This document shows positions 1 through 14,400 of a stretch of DNA of 30,951 nt, piece after piece (the stretch's first letter is position 1; every line of letters begins with the position of its first letter). Source of the DNA: an uncultured virus (IMG/VR IMGVR_UViG_2061766007_001503) (Duplodnaviria; Heunggongvirae; Uroviricota; Caudoviricetes); IMG/VR virus record IMGVR_UViG_2061766007_001503; one strand, given 5' to 3'. The notes under the pieces were generated by a model that saw nothing but the letters and a program-made list of their open reading frames with translations, ran no database searches and was not told the DNA's origin. Made by a program: the position numbers and the translations under genes.

Positions 1-3000
1 ATTCAATCTGCATATCATTATGCTCAGGATTTAAATGAATCTTTAAATAGTATTAGAATAGTTACAGGACAAAGTGCAGACCAAATGGCAATTTTTGCCA
101 AACAAGCAAATAAAGCTGCACAAGAATTAAGTACGACTACAACTGCATATACTGATGCTGCTCTTATTTTCTATCAGCAAGGTTTAACAGGCAAGGATGT
201 TACTGAAAGAACTGATGCAGTTATTAAATTGGCAAATGTTACAGGACAATCTGCAGAAGAAGTTTCTTCTTATATGACTGCAATTTGGAATAACTTTGAT
301 GATGGAAGTGAAAGTCTTGAACACTATGCTGATGTAATTACCGCACTTGGCGCAAGTACTGCATCTAGTTCTGAAGAAATTGCGCAAGGTTTGGAAAAAT
401 TTGCTGCTATTGGTCAAACAGTTGGTTTAAGTTATGATTATGCAACATCCGCATTAGCAACTGTTGTTGCGAATACTCGTCAAAGCGCGGATACTGTTGG
501 TACAGCATTTAAAACTATTTTTGCTCGTATTCAAGGTTTATCATTAGGCGAAACACTTGAAGATGGAGTTGATTTAAATAAATATTCTAAAGCTCTTAAT
601 GCAGTAGGAGTTTCTGTTTTAGATACTACTGGAAACATGAGAGATTTAGATGATATTCTTGATGATTTAGCTGCTAAATGGAAAACTTTATCTTCTGCTC
701 AACAAACTGCCTTAGCACAAACTGTCGCGGGAACTCGTCAATATAACCAATTAGTATCTTTAATGAGTAATTGGGATGATATGCAACAGAATTTATTAAC
801 CGCGCAAGGTGCTGAAGGCTCTTTACAAGAGCAAGCTGATATTTATGCTGAATCATGGGAAGCTGCAAGTAAAAGAGTTAGAGCCGCTTGGCAAGAAGTT
901 TATGCTCAATTATTAGATGATAAATTTTTTATTGAACTTACAAACGGTTTTGCTTCTATTGTTAAAGGAATTAGTAATTTAATTTCTGGTTTGGGCGGAG
1001 TTCCTGGAGTTTTATTTAGTTTAGGAAATGTCTTTATGACTATTTTCAGAGAACAAATGGTAACATCTATTGATAACGCCATTTATTCTTTACAAATGAT
1101 GACTCAGGCTGGAAGAGATGCAGTAGAACAAACTAGAAATACCACAAATGAAGCATTACAAAATATGTTTGCGTCTTCTAAAAATCCTATTGATCAACAA
1201 TTAGGAAAAGCATATGCTAGCCAGGCGCAAGTTCAAGAAACTTTAATTAAAAATGCAGATAGGCTTACTGATCAACAAAAACAAATTGCTCAAATTTTAT
1301 TAGATCAACATCATGCTTTAATTCAACAGACAGCAGATCAAGCTGAATTGACAAAACAGGCAGAAGCTCAAATGTCTATTCAACAAAGAAAATTAAATGG
1401 GCAAGCAAAACAAATTTCAACTTCTGTTATTAATTCTGGGAATCAAGATATTCAATTAGCAAATAATGTCGCTCCTATTTTACAAGATATTAATGGATTA
1501 ATTACCTCTGGGGCAGAGGCAGAAGATATTTTATTACAATTAGATGATTATTTTAAAAATTTAATAATTACAGAAAATCAATTTGGACAAACTGGATCTG
1601 ATGTTTTAACAGATTTAAAAATAAAAATATTAACAGCATTTTCTCAAGATTCTGTAGATAATTATATAACTGAACTTGAAGTTTGTGAACAAGCAGTTGA
1701 TGATGCTACATCTTCTATGCAGAATTATACTCAAGCTGTTAAAGAAAATATATCTATTCAAAGTAATAGAGATGTTTTAAAAGAACAAGCTAATTCTTAT
1801 AGAGAATTAACAACTCAATCAATGAGATTGCATACTGTTATAAATGATTTATTTTCAAATCCAGAAGAATCTGCTGATCAATATTTAAATAAATTAAAGA
1901 GTTTAAAAGAACAAATACCAAATTTAATTGTTGCTTTTGGTGAAGAGGGCGCAACTGCTTTAGATAAATTTGAACAAGAATTACAAGATATAGTTAATTC
2001 TAGTAGTTCTGCAGAAAATACTGAAGAGAGATTAAATGAAGCTTTAATAAATTTAGATAATGAAGTAGAAAATTTATTTCTTAAAGCAAATGATGCTCAA
2101 GAATCTCTAGACATGTTAGGTTTTGAAACTGACAAAGCCGGAATCGCATTCGAAAATGCAGGAATACAAAGTGGCCATTTTATTGCACATTTAGTTCAAG
2201 TACGAAGTTCTGCAGATCAAACATCAGAAGCTATTGCTAATATTCCTACTGTAATGAATAATACTGCGCAAAATATTCAAAAGTTTGCTCAAGGTGTCAT
2301 GTCAGTAGGTATGGCAATAAGTAATATAAGAGGTTTAATTCAAACCTGGTCTGATGATACTGTTTCTTTGGGAGATAAGATAATTCGTACTGTGACTTCT
2401 TTGGGAATGGTAATACCTATCTTAACAGTAGCTTTAGAAAGTGAGACATTACAAGCTGTAATTGGTAAAGTTGCTAATTTTGGATTTATGAAATCTTTAA
2501 TGGGAATTGGTGCAGGAGGCGCTGCTGCAACGGCTGGATTAATTCCTCTTATTGCAACTTTAGGATTGATAGTAGCTGCTATTGGTGCTGTAGTAGTTGC
2601 GGGAGTTCTTCTTTATAATCATTTTAAAAGTTTAGAAGAACAAAAACCAGAAAAAATTTTTGAAAGAGCACAGCAATCTGCAGAAGAAGCTGCAAATGCT
2701 GTTAATAAATTATCTTCTGAGGTTGAAGAATTAAATAATCAATTAGATGATTTATCAGATAATACTTCTGCATTAGAAAAACTTGAAAAAGGCTCTGAAG
2801 CGTGGTATGAGCAAGTTGCAAAAATTAACAGTACAATTTCTGAATTATTAGAAAAATATCCAATGTTAATAGACTATTTAGATACTACTGGTGATTTTTG
2901 GAAAATACGTGATGAAGGAATTGCTCTCTTGAAAGAGCAAGAGTCTATTAGATTAAAAGCGGCAGAGGTTTATGCATTACAACAAAAAATTAATGACCGT

Positions 3001-6000
3001 CAAGCGGAAATAAATGTTAATCTTCAAGCTAAGAATTTTGATCAAGCATTAGCATCACAAGATGGCGGTGTTGGAAGAGCGTCTACTATTTTAACTTCTG
3101 ATGATATAATTTTTAAATCTATTATTCAAGCTATAAATGATAATTATCAAAAAGGTATTGGAATTGAAACAGATAATATTAGACAATTGTTTCATGATAT
3201 GGATTATGAAGATTATTTTAAAAGTCATTTAGACGAGAGTAATGGTGAAACTTATGATGCATTTTTAGGCCAAGTTGAAAAATATTTTAAAATAAATGAA
3301 GAAATTTTCCAAGAAAATTCCAATTTAGTTAAACAAATTGAAATAAATCAAGAGAGACAAGCACAAGAGGTATTAAGTGTTTTAAAGTTGGCTGGGCCTA
3401 CTGAAAAATTTACAGATACTATAGTAAAAGATTATAATAAGTTATTAAATGATGCAAAGATTCAGGCTAAACAAGAATTTGAATGGCAGCCATCTAAAAA
3501 TTATAAAAAAAATGATGAAACTGTTAAACAATTATTACAAATCATTAGTGATAATAATGAAGGAGCAGAAGTTAAATATAAAGCTCAACGAAATGGTTTA
3601 TTTACAGTTGATATAAATGGAAAAACTGAAGGTTATACTAAAGATCAGATTTATGATATGCTTGCTAATGATAAACTTTCAAATGGTGATTGGATATCAG
3701 AGGAAGCTGCAAAAATTACAGAAACAATAAGGGGCGAATTAAGTAATTCATTCACTAATTTTAGTGATGATATTGCTGAGATGGCTCAAGATAAAGTAAT
3801 TGATCTTTATAATGCTAGACAAAGTTTAATAAATGATTTTAAGTTAGAAAAAGAACAAACAGATCAGCTTTTAGGGATTTTATTTGAAGGTGCTGAAAAA
3901 GCGGGTTATGATTTTACTACTATTGCGGAAAGCGTTTCTGGGGGTATTAATTTATTAGCACAAAATGATGCTTTACAAAGAACTTTTACAGGATATGCTC
4001 AACAACTTACTGAAGGCACTATTTCATTACAAGAATTTGCAGAAGAATATAATAAATTAACTGAAATGGCTAATTTATCTACTATGACTGCAGATTTTGA
4101 AGCAGCTGCAGAAGGTATCGGTCTTAAAAAAGCAGATGCGGCAATTATGCAAGAGTATGCTAAAAATATTATGGAAATGGCAGAATCTTCTGATCTTTTT
4201 GCAGATAGTATTGCCGCAGATTCTGAAACAGCAAAAGATCTTGCAATTCAAATAACTCGTATGAATAAAGGCATTGATGATTTAGCAGATGGGTTTGAGA
4301 ATTGGTCAGATGTGCTTAAAAATAGTACAAAAGAAAGCCAAGAATATGCTGAAGCAATGTATGGAATAAAAAGCGCTTTAGCAGATATTCTTGATGTAGA
4401 ATCAGATTTAATTTCAAGTAAATTTGTTGAAGATCATTTAGATGAAATTAAAAAAGCTGCTGAGGGTGATGCTGAAGCCATAGATGCTTTAAAAGCAAAT
4501 ANNNNNNNNNNNNNNNNNNNNNNNNNNNNNNNNNNNNNGACTGCAGAATTAGTACAAGAAATTTATAATAAACAAGATGCTTTAAATGCAGCAATTTCTA
4601 ATTTAGATATTGAAGATATTGAGGTAGGAGCAATTCTTAATGATAGTCAATTATTGGCTGCTGCAAATAGTTTAGTAGATACTGCTCAAATGACTGCAGA
4701 TGAAGCAAATGCTTATTTTGCAGGGATTGGTTATGAACCTGTTTATAGTACAGAAGATTTAGATTCTTCTATGGAAATGCCTAATGGATCTACAATATCT
4801 ACTGTTGATATTAATCCAGGTGGTGGTGGTGATTATACTTGGACAGGGCCTCTCGGTGGCGAACATACAATTAAATTACCCTCTTTTACTATTAATACAA
4901 AATCTATTCCTGGTGAAACTGTAGATGCCCCAGGAACTACTAGATTAGTTGCGTTTAGTGGAGATAGTCATAATCAGCCTCAAATAAAAGGTCTTCGTAA
5001 AAAAGCTACTGGTGCTCAAAGTAACTACTCTAAATCAAATGCGGGAGGCAAGGCACCTGGTTCTTCAAAATCTTCAAAAAGTGGTGGTGGTTCTAGTAAG
5101 CAAGCTAAAACAAAAGATTTTGAAAAACCAGTAGAAGATTTAGCTGATAGATATCATGATTTAAATGAAGCCATTCAAGATGTTGCTCACTCAATGAATA
5201 TGTTGAGTAAAGCTCAAGAACACTTGTCTGGTGCATCATTAATAAAATCACTTCAGAAACAAAATGAATTAATTTCTAAACAAAGAGAAAATTATGCTGC
5301 ATTAAATGAGGAACTTATTAAAGAAGCGGGAGAACTTCAAGGCAAACTTTTTAACTATGGAGCTTCCTTTGGTGAAGATGGTTCTCTTCTTAATTATACT
5401 GATACATTTAATGCAATTAAAGCCGAATATAATAATGCGGTTACCGCATATAATGCAGTCATTGACTGGTTCAACACTCTTAGTGCTGAAGAGCAGGATT
5501 CTATAGGTGACGCCGCAGTTAAAACAGCTAAAGATACTTTAGATAATGCTAAAGATACTTATGATCAAGCACAAGATTATTTATCAAGATATGATGAAGT
5601 ATTAGATAATATTCATGAAAATGAAGAAACTATGCTGGATCAACTTTATCAAATAATTGAGAATAATCTTAAACAATTTGAAGTAGAAGTTGAATTAAAG
5701 CTTAATATTAAAGAAGCAGAAAGAGCATTAAATAATTTCATTAAGACTATTAATGATGATTTTACTAAAGTTTATAGAACAACAGATGATTGGATGCGTT
5801 CACTTGAGACATCACTCGCGAATGTTCAGACATACACTGAGGGAGACGATTCTACAATTGGTACGGATATGAGAAGATTACAAGAGGTAGATAGTGTTCT
5901 TCAAAATCCTGATTATGATTATTTATCTGAAGATTCGATGTTTGGTAGTAGAAGTGAAGCATTAGAAAAGTATAAAGAATATGCGGAAGCGCTTATGTCT

Positions 6001-8330
6001 GATGCAGAAGCACTCAGAAGTGAATATGAGAGCGCTTGGAATGAATACTTATCTGCTATTGATCAAACTTTAGATCGTTGGAATGATGTGCTTGATGAAT
6101 TTAATGATATTAATGATGAATTAGATCATTATCAGAAAGTAAATGAATTATTATATGGTGATACTGAAACAGGTAGAGAAAATTTACAGAAAATTTATAG
6201 TACAGAAATTCAAAATGCTTTAGCTACACAGGAGACGCTTAATAAAGAGATTACCGCACTCGAACAAGAACGCGAAGAGATGCTTGCAGCGGGCGCCGCC
6301 GAAGATGGCGAAGATATAAAGAAGATTAATGATGCTATAAATAATGCTAATAAAGAGCTTCGTTCTTCTATTGAAAGTTATATTCAAACTGCTATTGACC
6401 AATATAAACTTTCTATTAAACAGATTATGTCTGCTCAAGATAAAGAAATGACTGGTGGCTTAGGTGCAGAAAAAGCATTACAAAGATGGCAAGATGCGCA
6501 AAAAGCTGCTGAAGGTTATTATGATGAAGTTGAGAGAATTTATCAACTTGATAAAATGAGAGGTAAATGGCAAGATACCATTAATTCTGCTAAAGATCTT
6601 AAAACTCAGCAATATTTAAAAACTATTATGGCAGAGCAGATGGAATATTTAGAGGGTAGGGTTGAATTATCTGAATATGATATTGGTTTAGCAGAAAAAC
6701 AATTAGAAATTGAGAAGGCTCAAATTGCTCTTGAAGAATCTCGTAATAATAAAAATTCAATGAAACTTGTTAGAAATCAGCAAGGTAATTGGAGTTATCA
6801 GTATGTTGCAGATGAAAATGATTTAATGCAAAAACAACAAGATTTAATGGATAAAATGTATGAGAAATATGAATATATTAAAGAAGCTGAAAAACAAAGT
6901 ACTGAAGCTGCATTACAAGGATTTGTTGATTATCAGCAAAGAGTTGCTGCACTTATGGAAGAAATGGCAANNNNNNNNNNNNNNNNNNNNNNNTGAAGAA
7001 GAACTTGAATATTTAAATGATTATTATTATGGTGAGAATGGTTATATTGTTAAGAAAACTCGTGAATCTACTGAACAACAAGATCAGTTAAATTTTGCTT
7101 CTGCTGAAGTATTACAAGGATTATATGAAAAAGATCTTTATAATTATACTACAATGACAGAGGCGGAAAAGAATTTACTTGATTGGATGATAGATAATGG
7201 AATTACATCACATTATGATTTAATGACAAATGCTAAAACTGCATATGAAGGAATGAAAAATAAATGTGCAGAAGTTGTTAATGATAGTTCTACAAGATGG
7301 ATGACTGCGGCTAGAGAAATTATTCGTAACTGGGCGGATGAAAGCAATAGCGGTAGTCTTAAAAAGAAAATCTTAGAAACTTATGATGCATTTAAAATTA
7401 AAGTAGGAGAATTTGATGCTGCAATAAGAGCTAGTGAAGAAGCATCTGGGGTTGAATTTTCTAAAATTGGTGAAAATGTTGATCAAGTAAGTCAAAAAAT
7501 TGGAGAAACAAAAGATAAGGTAGATCAATTACTGGCAGATACAGATCAATTTAGCAATTATTGTGCAAAAATAGGAACTATTAGAGATGCTTGGAATGGT
7601 GTTAAAACAGCGCTTGAAAGTGTCTTAAGTACCTATCAAGCATATCTTGCCGAACTTGCAAAACCTTTACCAAGTCCTTCTGCTCCTGCTTCTTCTTCTG
7701 TTCCTAGTGGAACTCCTTCAAGCGGAAACAATGACAATGGTGGAAATGTAAGTACTCTTCCAGGCGAATCAGAAAAGCCTGATGGAAACCCACCACCCGA
7801 AAAGAAAAAATGGCGTATTGCTGGTCAAAATAGACAAATTTCAGGGGCCATCCTTGATAATAATGGAGGTAAAGGATTTTCTAGCCAAGCGGAAGCTGAT
7901 AAAAAAATTAGAAGTTCTTATACACCGCCCCCCATGGAATGGTCAAATTTATATCCTGAAGAATTTAAATCTGGAGGTTACACTGGAGACTGGAATTCTG
8001 AGGATGGAAAAATGGCAATATTACACCAAAAAGAACTTATATTAAATCAAAATGATACTTCTAATATTTTAAGTGCAGTAAATGTCATGAGAGATATTGC
8101 ATCTATTGGAAGTTCTTTCGCAGGTGCTATTAGTGCAGGTCTTGCTTCATTAGTAGGTGGGATTGCGGGAGCCGGTCTGGGATCTCTTGGATCAGGTAAT
8201 GCGACCGCCGCAAATACAGAAANNNNNNNNNNNNNNNCCTAATGCAAATAGCGTAGCAGAAATTCAAGAAGCAATCTTAACATTACCTACATTAGCAAGT
8301 CAATATTTATCACAGAAATCTTATTCATAA
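1..8330 (+). CDS. Phage tail tape measure protein, 5'-truncated, >2770 aa, read across 3 N-gaps
   Basis: Frame is open from base 1 (IQSAYHYAQDLNESL...). The N-terminal region resembles the TP901-family tape-measure domain (YADVITALGASTASSSEEIAQGLEK...RQSADTVGTAFKTIFARI). It has long Ala/Glu/Gln-rich helical stretches and hydrophobic segments near 975-1050 and 2380-2620. ORFs 85..6996 and 6860..8242 join at the gap 6971-6993. The C-terminus FKSGGYTG...AILHQKELILN is followed, after the gap 8223-8237, by PNANSVAEIQEAILTLPTLASQYLSQKSYS-TAA(8330), then a terminator. Confidence 0.93.
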
Positions 8331-8335
8331 AAGTT

Positions 8336-8368
8336 AGAGGGGCTATTTTATATAGCCCCTCTTTTTTT
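8336..8368 (+). terminator. Rho-independent terminator after the tape measure gene
   Basis: 11-bp stem AGAGGGGCTAT (8336-8346) / ATAGCCCCTCT (8352-8362), 5-nt loop, then a T-run. Confidence 0.9.
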
Positions 8369-8423
8369 AGGTCTATTTACTTTAATCTTCTGTTTATTTT
8401 TTTGATATAATATGTATAGAATT

Positions 8424-8452
8424 TTGACAATTACGCAAATTTTTGATATAAT
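8424..8452 (+). promoter_or_regulatory. Consensus sigma70/sigmaA promoter with extended -10
   Basis: TTGACA (8424-8429), 17-nt spacer, TATAAT (8447-8452) preceded by TG. A second TGATATAAT lies at 8403-8411. RBS AAGGAGG at 8464-8470 precedes ATG 8480. Confidence 0.85.
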
Positions 8453-8479
8453 ATAAGAGATAAAAGGAGGTTTGGTGAA

Positions 8480-11400
8480 ATGAATCAACTTCAAGAAAGT
8501 CTTTTTGAGACTATGAAAGCCTTCACTGACCATGCAGAGAAAAATAGCGCGGTTACTCGTACCATTAGTGCAGTGGTCACCGCNNNNNNNNNNNNNNNNN
8601 NNNNNNNNNNNNNNNNNNNNNNNCATTTTCTGCCTTTAATAATAATCCTAATCTTACATATAGTGTGAATGATAATGTTTATGTTTTAATTCCTGATGGA
8701 GATTTTACTAAAACTAAACTTATTATTGGTCTTGCTTCTGTTACTCCTAATTATAATACCGTTGCAGAAGCACAAGAATTATATTATGATTTAAGTGGTA
8801 ATTTATTTGAGCTTAGTCCAGAGTATATTTATGAAGAAACTGATAGTGGGATGTTTGATCTTCCTGCGTATCCATATATAACATCTTATGATAATTTTAT
8901 TTATCATAATACTGATGGTTATATGTATCCTTTCATTTATTCAATGGATGAAATAGTTACTAATATTAATAATTATTTGAAATATTCTAGATTATTAAAA
9001 TTAAGTATTCAAATAAGAACAAATTTAGTATTAGAAAAACAAATGCAAGGAGATTATGGACTTAGAGTAGATTTAAAATTATTTAATCCTAATAAATTAA
9101 CAGACCAAACAATATATAAACAGTATTTTCTTAATACTTCTACTATNNNNNNNNNNNNNNNNNNNNNAGTACTCAAAATATTTATTTAGATATAGACGAG
9201 GGGTATATTGTAGAAGATATTCAAGCAGTAGTTTTATATTCAACTAATTTTCCAAGATACTCATATTCATCTTCATATAATGAATTACTTTTTAGAAATT
9301 TAAGTTTAGTTAGTGTTTATAAAATGACAGAGGATTTATCTGGTAAAAAATTATTATTACAAGCATCTGAAGGATTATATTTTTNNNNNNNNNNNNNNNN
9401 NNCTCTTACTGCAACACTATTAATTAATGGTAAATTAGTAACAGTTAAAGATAATAATTTTTATTGGTTTAAACAAAATGTAAGTGTTGGAGTTAATGAT
9501 AAAAGATATTGTAAATATGGTGGAGTNNNNNNNNNNNNNNNNTTATTACTTCAGAAAATGATACTGGTATAAATGCTGGAGATTGGACTGGTGCATCAAA
9601 TACTTTTTATATAACAAAAGATGATGCTAGAATTAGCACTACTTATAAATGTGTTGTAATATATAATAATGAACAAATATCTAATGAAATTATTGTTACA
9701 AATCTTAATGGTGATGCAGATTTATTTTTGCAAACAGAAAGTGGTTCAACAAATTTTAATATAGATACAAGGTATATAGTTATTGAAAGTTATACTTATA
9801 TTCAAGGTATAACTGATAAAACAAGCCAAATTCCAAATGTTAGATATTATTGGAGAAGTGCTGATAAAAGTAATAAATTTATAACAAATATATCTTATAA
9901 TTATTCCGGGTATGAGGAAATAAATGCTACTCCAAATGAAATTGTTGAGTTAACAATTAATGGGGTAATAAAGAAATATTTTAAATCAACGATTAGGGTT
10001 GATGCAAGTAAAATTGATACTTCCAATACTTTTTATTGTACCGCAGTATTATTTGATAATGATGAGAATCAAGAAATTATTGGAACTAAGCCAATTGTAA
10101 TTACAAAAGGCAAAATTAATGATTATGATTTAATTATCCAAAATGCGGATATTACTTATAAATATGATGCTGAAGGTGACAGTCCTGCGGGGACCGCATA
10201 TGATGGACCTGTGACCTCAAAAGTGACTACGATAACGCCACTGAGCTTCGTCCTCCGCAGGCCAGATGGAATTGAATTAACTGAAGAAGAATATGCTTTT
10301 GCTTCTGTTAAATGGATAATTCCTAGAAATTCTATGTTTGTAATTAATCAGAGTGATTATGGAGAGGCTTATGAAATTGATGATAAAGATAATATTATAA
10401 TTAAGTCTCCTAGATTGTCATATTCAATTCAATCAAAATATAATAAGATTTTTGCATTACAATCTGCTTATTTAGAGATAGCTTTTGATGGAACTGTTAT
10501 AAAAGAAAGAGTTAATATTAATTTTTTAAAAGATGGTGATTCTGGTACTAATGGTACTGCTTATACTGCTATTTTAATTTCTGGTGGATATATAGAAGCT
10601 CCTGAGCAATGGCAGCCAGTGCCTTATGGGCAAGGGCAAAATCTTATGATATTAAGACGTGGTTATGATGATCAAGTATCTTTTTATTATCTCTCCTATA
10701 ATTATGATGGAGCTACATCATGGGATTTAATAGATGAGTGTTATAGTATATATCCTCAAGTTTATAAAGATGGAGTATTATTATATCCAGAAGATTTTGA
10801 TATAGAATATTCTATATTTGATTCTAAAGTATATTCTTCTACTGGTAGTGATAATAGACAATGTTTATTTTTGCAAGATCAAATGAGTAATCATACAAAT
10901 AGAGATATAGATGGATATAAAGAATTACGTATTGATAGTGATCTTTTAAATACTACATTTATGAGTGAATATCCTATTACTATTGTTCAAGCAAAAATTA
11001 CTATTACCAATAGTACGTATGGAAATAATTCAGATTATAATAAGCCACAAATTATTTATGCTTATTATCCTATTGATACTATAATAACATACGGTTCTAC
11101 TTATGATACTTTAAGTCCTTATGTGAAAGGTGGATTTAGAGAAGTATTATATGCTCCAGATGGTACAATTCCTACTTATGATGAAACACAGCCTTTTCAA
11201 ATTGGCTCTTTAAATCAAGAAGTTTATGGTGTTTCAATTGATGAAGATCTTTGTGAATTTAATATCATAGAATGGGAATTAGGACCTCATCTTTATATTG
11301 CTGCAACTTCGAATGATGATGGGTATATTTATGATAATAATACACCAATTGGAATTAAAGTTAAACCTAGTTTAAAACTTGATGATGGTGTTAATTGTTC

Positions 11401-14400
11401 ATATGTTGTGGCTAAATTAATGAAAAAGGGCGATCCCGTTTCCGAAGAAGAAATTATACAAAGAAGAGATGATTATGAAGATGAGATTGACTATTTTAAT
11501 GATTTAGCTCAAAATCAAGATTCTTCTTGGCAAGAATTTAGTAATTTTCTTAGGAATTTTAGTTATGTTGATTATCAAACTAATATTGAAAATAATCAAT
11601 ATTTTCCTACTGCAAAACAAGATGCAATTTCTATGTTGAAAAAAATTGCAGATGCTATTTATGAATTTAATTCTTTTATTGANNNNNNNNNNNNNNNNNN
11701 NNNNNNNNNNNNNNNNNNNNNNNNNNNNNNNNNNNNNTAGAACTGTTTGTAGTAATACTATTGAAGAAGTTTATAATTTAAGAACTTTAATAATTGATCA
11801 AAATGATATTATAAATGATTTAAATAGCGATACCTTTGATAATTTAAATGATTTACAGAGTAATTATATTTCTTGGGATGACACAATTAGANNNNNNNNN
11901 NNNNNNNNNNNNNNNNNNNNNNNNNNNNNNNNNNNNNNNNNNNNNNNNNNNNNNNNNNNNNNNNNNNNNNNNNNNNNNNNNNNNNNNNNNNNNNNNNNNN
12001 NNNNNNNNNNNNNNNNNNNNNNNNNNNNNNNNNNNNNNNNNNNNNNNNNNNNNNNNNNNNNNNNNNNNNNNNNNNNNNNNNNNNNNNNNNNNNNNNNNNN
12101 NNNNNNNNNNNNNNNNNNNNNNNNNNNNNNNNNNNNNNNNNNNNNNNNNNNNNNNNNNNNNNNNNNNNNNNNNNNNNNNNNNNNNNTTGATAAATATGAA
12201 AAAATTATAACTGATACCTCACATAAAAGAGATAGTATGTACTCTAAATATTTAATTTATTATGATTATGGGTATATAGAAGCATCTCAACAAATATATA
12301 TGATATTTCCCATTTATTTTATTTATAATAGATATGGAACATCTTATTTNNNNNNNNNNNNNNNNNNNNNATTGATTTAGGTGATGATTATATAGTTGCT
12401 CCTATGATGTCTGCTGGTAAAAAAGAAGAACGTGACAATAGTTTTACTGGTATGACAATGGGATTAAGGAAACGTGCTGGCGGTTCTACCACATATGAAG
12501 ATGTTGGATTATTTGCTTTTAATCATGGTCTACAAACAATATTTATAAATGCTGAAAATGGTTCTGCACTTTTTGGCGGTAGATATATTGATGGACAAGG
12601 TAATACTATTGGTGGTGGTCAAATTGTTATTGATCCAACTAATCAAACAAAAGAAAATAGCGCATTAATTTATAGTGCAGATTATTGGAAAAATTATGAT
12701 TCAAAAACATTATTACCTGCTAGTTTAGAAGATTCTAATAAAACAGGAAATGGATTATTAATTAATTTTTCTAAGCCTGAAATTAGGTATGGTAATGGTA
12801 AGTTTTATGTTGATGAAAATGGTAATATGCATGTTGGTGGCGCAAATGGAGAGTCTTCAGGAGATATTGGCGGATGGGATATAACAAGNNNNNNNNNNNN
12901 NNNNTTTCCGAAGTCCGACAATAGGAGGACAGACTGGGCAAGGTATTGAATTAATATCAAGTGGGTCTGGGGCTATACATTTAGGAGATGGCGGTTTAGG
13001 TAAGATATATTCTGGTGAACATGATACTTTATATAGAGTAAATAGACCAGGTTTTTATTTAGATGGGACTGGATTATCTATTGGAGGATTCTTTAGAGTA
13101 ACTGATCAAGGTATGCTTCAACTTGGGCAAGATTTACCTGCTGAAGGATCTCCTGGAATAAGAGGATCATTTTGGGAAATATTTTCTGGAGTTAACTTAT
13201 TAAGTACGATAGATTATTTTCAAGAAGGCACTCCTCAAGCAGAGAAAGAATTAACATCATATATTTCTTATGGTCATAGATATTTTGCTACATGGGAACC
13301 AAGTATATCTAGATTAACCTCATCATTACCTCAAGATGGGTGGAGAGTAAATCAAGGACCAAAAAATGCAGTTTGGCGGAAGTGGGATTATTTACATTTT
13401 TTAAGATCTGTAGCAGAAACATGGCAAATTGGTGGTACTATATCACAAATAATTACAAGTATTACACCATATCATGGGCTGGATAAGGGGTACGATTATC
13501 AAATTAATACTCAAGATATAGAGCCACCTATACAATTATCTCCAGATGGAGAACTTAGAGATAGAGAAGTTTATATTGGAACTGACGGTATTAGAGTTGG
13601 AAAGAACTTCGCTGTTAATAATGAAGGAAGTTTAATGTCTGATGGAGCTAGAATATCTAATTGTTCTTTACGTAATACTTATATAGAATTTGCTGTTTTA
13701 GCATATGCAAAATTAAAAGGTGGATATTATCCTGATGATGCAGCTCACCATAGAGATGAATATTGGCATCCTATTGAAATTGAAAATACATTAATTAAAA
13801 ATGCAGAAATAAAGCAAGGAAAAATTATTGGTACTTCTAGTAATCCTTTTGATATTGATTATGTTAATATTAATCATGCAATTGTTACTGATGATTTATA
13901 TACCCAAGGAGATTTAATTGTTTCACCTGGTAATAGTATTAAATATAGGGTTAATATTAGTGGGGGAGGTTATGTACTTAAAAATTTAATATCTTGTCCT
14001 AATATTCCTTATGATGATCCTACTAATTATACAAAACAATATATTGATATTAGTGAATTTAGTTATATTGCTGAACCACGAGCAATGACAGCTATGTGGG
14101 CATTACAGAGTTTCTGTATTGGAAGAAAAGATAACGAATATCCAGAAGGTTATTCTGGTCCAAAAACAGGTGAATGTAAATATAGTCAATTTTATTTATC
14201 GCCTACAGGGAGATGGATTGGAGAAAAACCTTATGTAGATTATGAAGCTTCTGCAGATTTAATGCGTCATTTTTATTATGATGAAGTTTATTTTTATACT
14301 CATGAAGCTAATGGAACTGGAGCCACTTTGTATGCTAGGGCATATGATCATCCATCTGATATTCGAACAAAAATAGTGCATGAAGAATATATGAATACAG

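Noticed and set aside
6860..6996. Programmed frameshift in the tape measure gene
   Set aside because: The frame change lies exactly in the N-gap 6971-6993; a gap-size error is the simpler explanation.
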